From: Bigelowiella natans CCMP2755
Lineage: Eukaryota > Protista > Cercozoa
Assembly (NCBI GenBank): GCA_000320545.1
Contig: ADNK01000977.1
Location: 1-64,000 of the forward strand
Direction: 5' to 3'
Length of the DNA stretch: 64,000 bases
The first letter of the stretch is position 1; every line of letters begins with the position of its first letter. The notes beneath the pieces were generated by a model. It was given only the letters and a program-made list of their open reading frames with translations. It had not been told where the DNA came from and did no database searches. This document shows, piece after piece, positions 63,971-64,000 of this stretch. A program made the translations under genes and the position numbers.

Positions 63971-64000
63971 TGAAGTCCTCTCCACCATTAAAGATACCAC

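Overview
Gene-dense, intron-rich eukaryotic nuclear DNA loaded with microsatellites. It is not prokaryotic, and I found no CRISPR array, rRNA or tRNA. IFT57 and a calflagin-like gene imply a flagellated cell, and two bipartite (signal + transit-like) presequences imply a complex plastid, so a chlorarachniophyte-like alga is my inference. By splicing exons by hand I reconstruct about 15 genes: the 3' end of an RGS-domain gene, a putative GT-like type II membrane protein, an EF-hand protein, ZNF830/CCDC16-like, Raptor (about 2100 aa), IFT57, an aftiphilin-like AP-1 accessory protein, CML21/22-like, a small secreted Pro-rich protein, FCaBP/calflagin-like, a small hypothetical protein, an intronless MFS transporter, an AlkK/DmdB-like acyl-CoA ligase (about 25 exons), anthranilate synthase component I, a Cys-rich presequence-bearing protein and a PDZ/coiled-coil protein. 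The most unusual signals are non-coding. (i) CTAG-dense islands lie in spacers downstream of gene 3' ends but not in divergent promoters. (ii) A ~0.9 kb island is almost free of TpA except inside CTAG. (iii) A short dispersed repeat occurs in three convergent spacers, and its copies often differ at TpA sites. Together these hint at a CTAG-centred DNA mark or a TpA-erasing mutational process. Raptor also carries a Tudor/Agenet-like insert, and one Raptor intron holds a CDC20-like peptide relic. Exon coordinates and motif counts were made by eye and may be off by a few bases.
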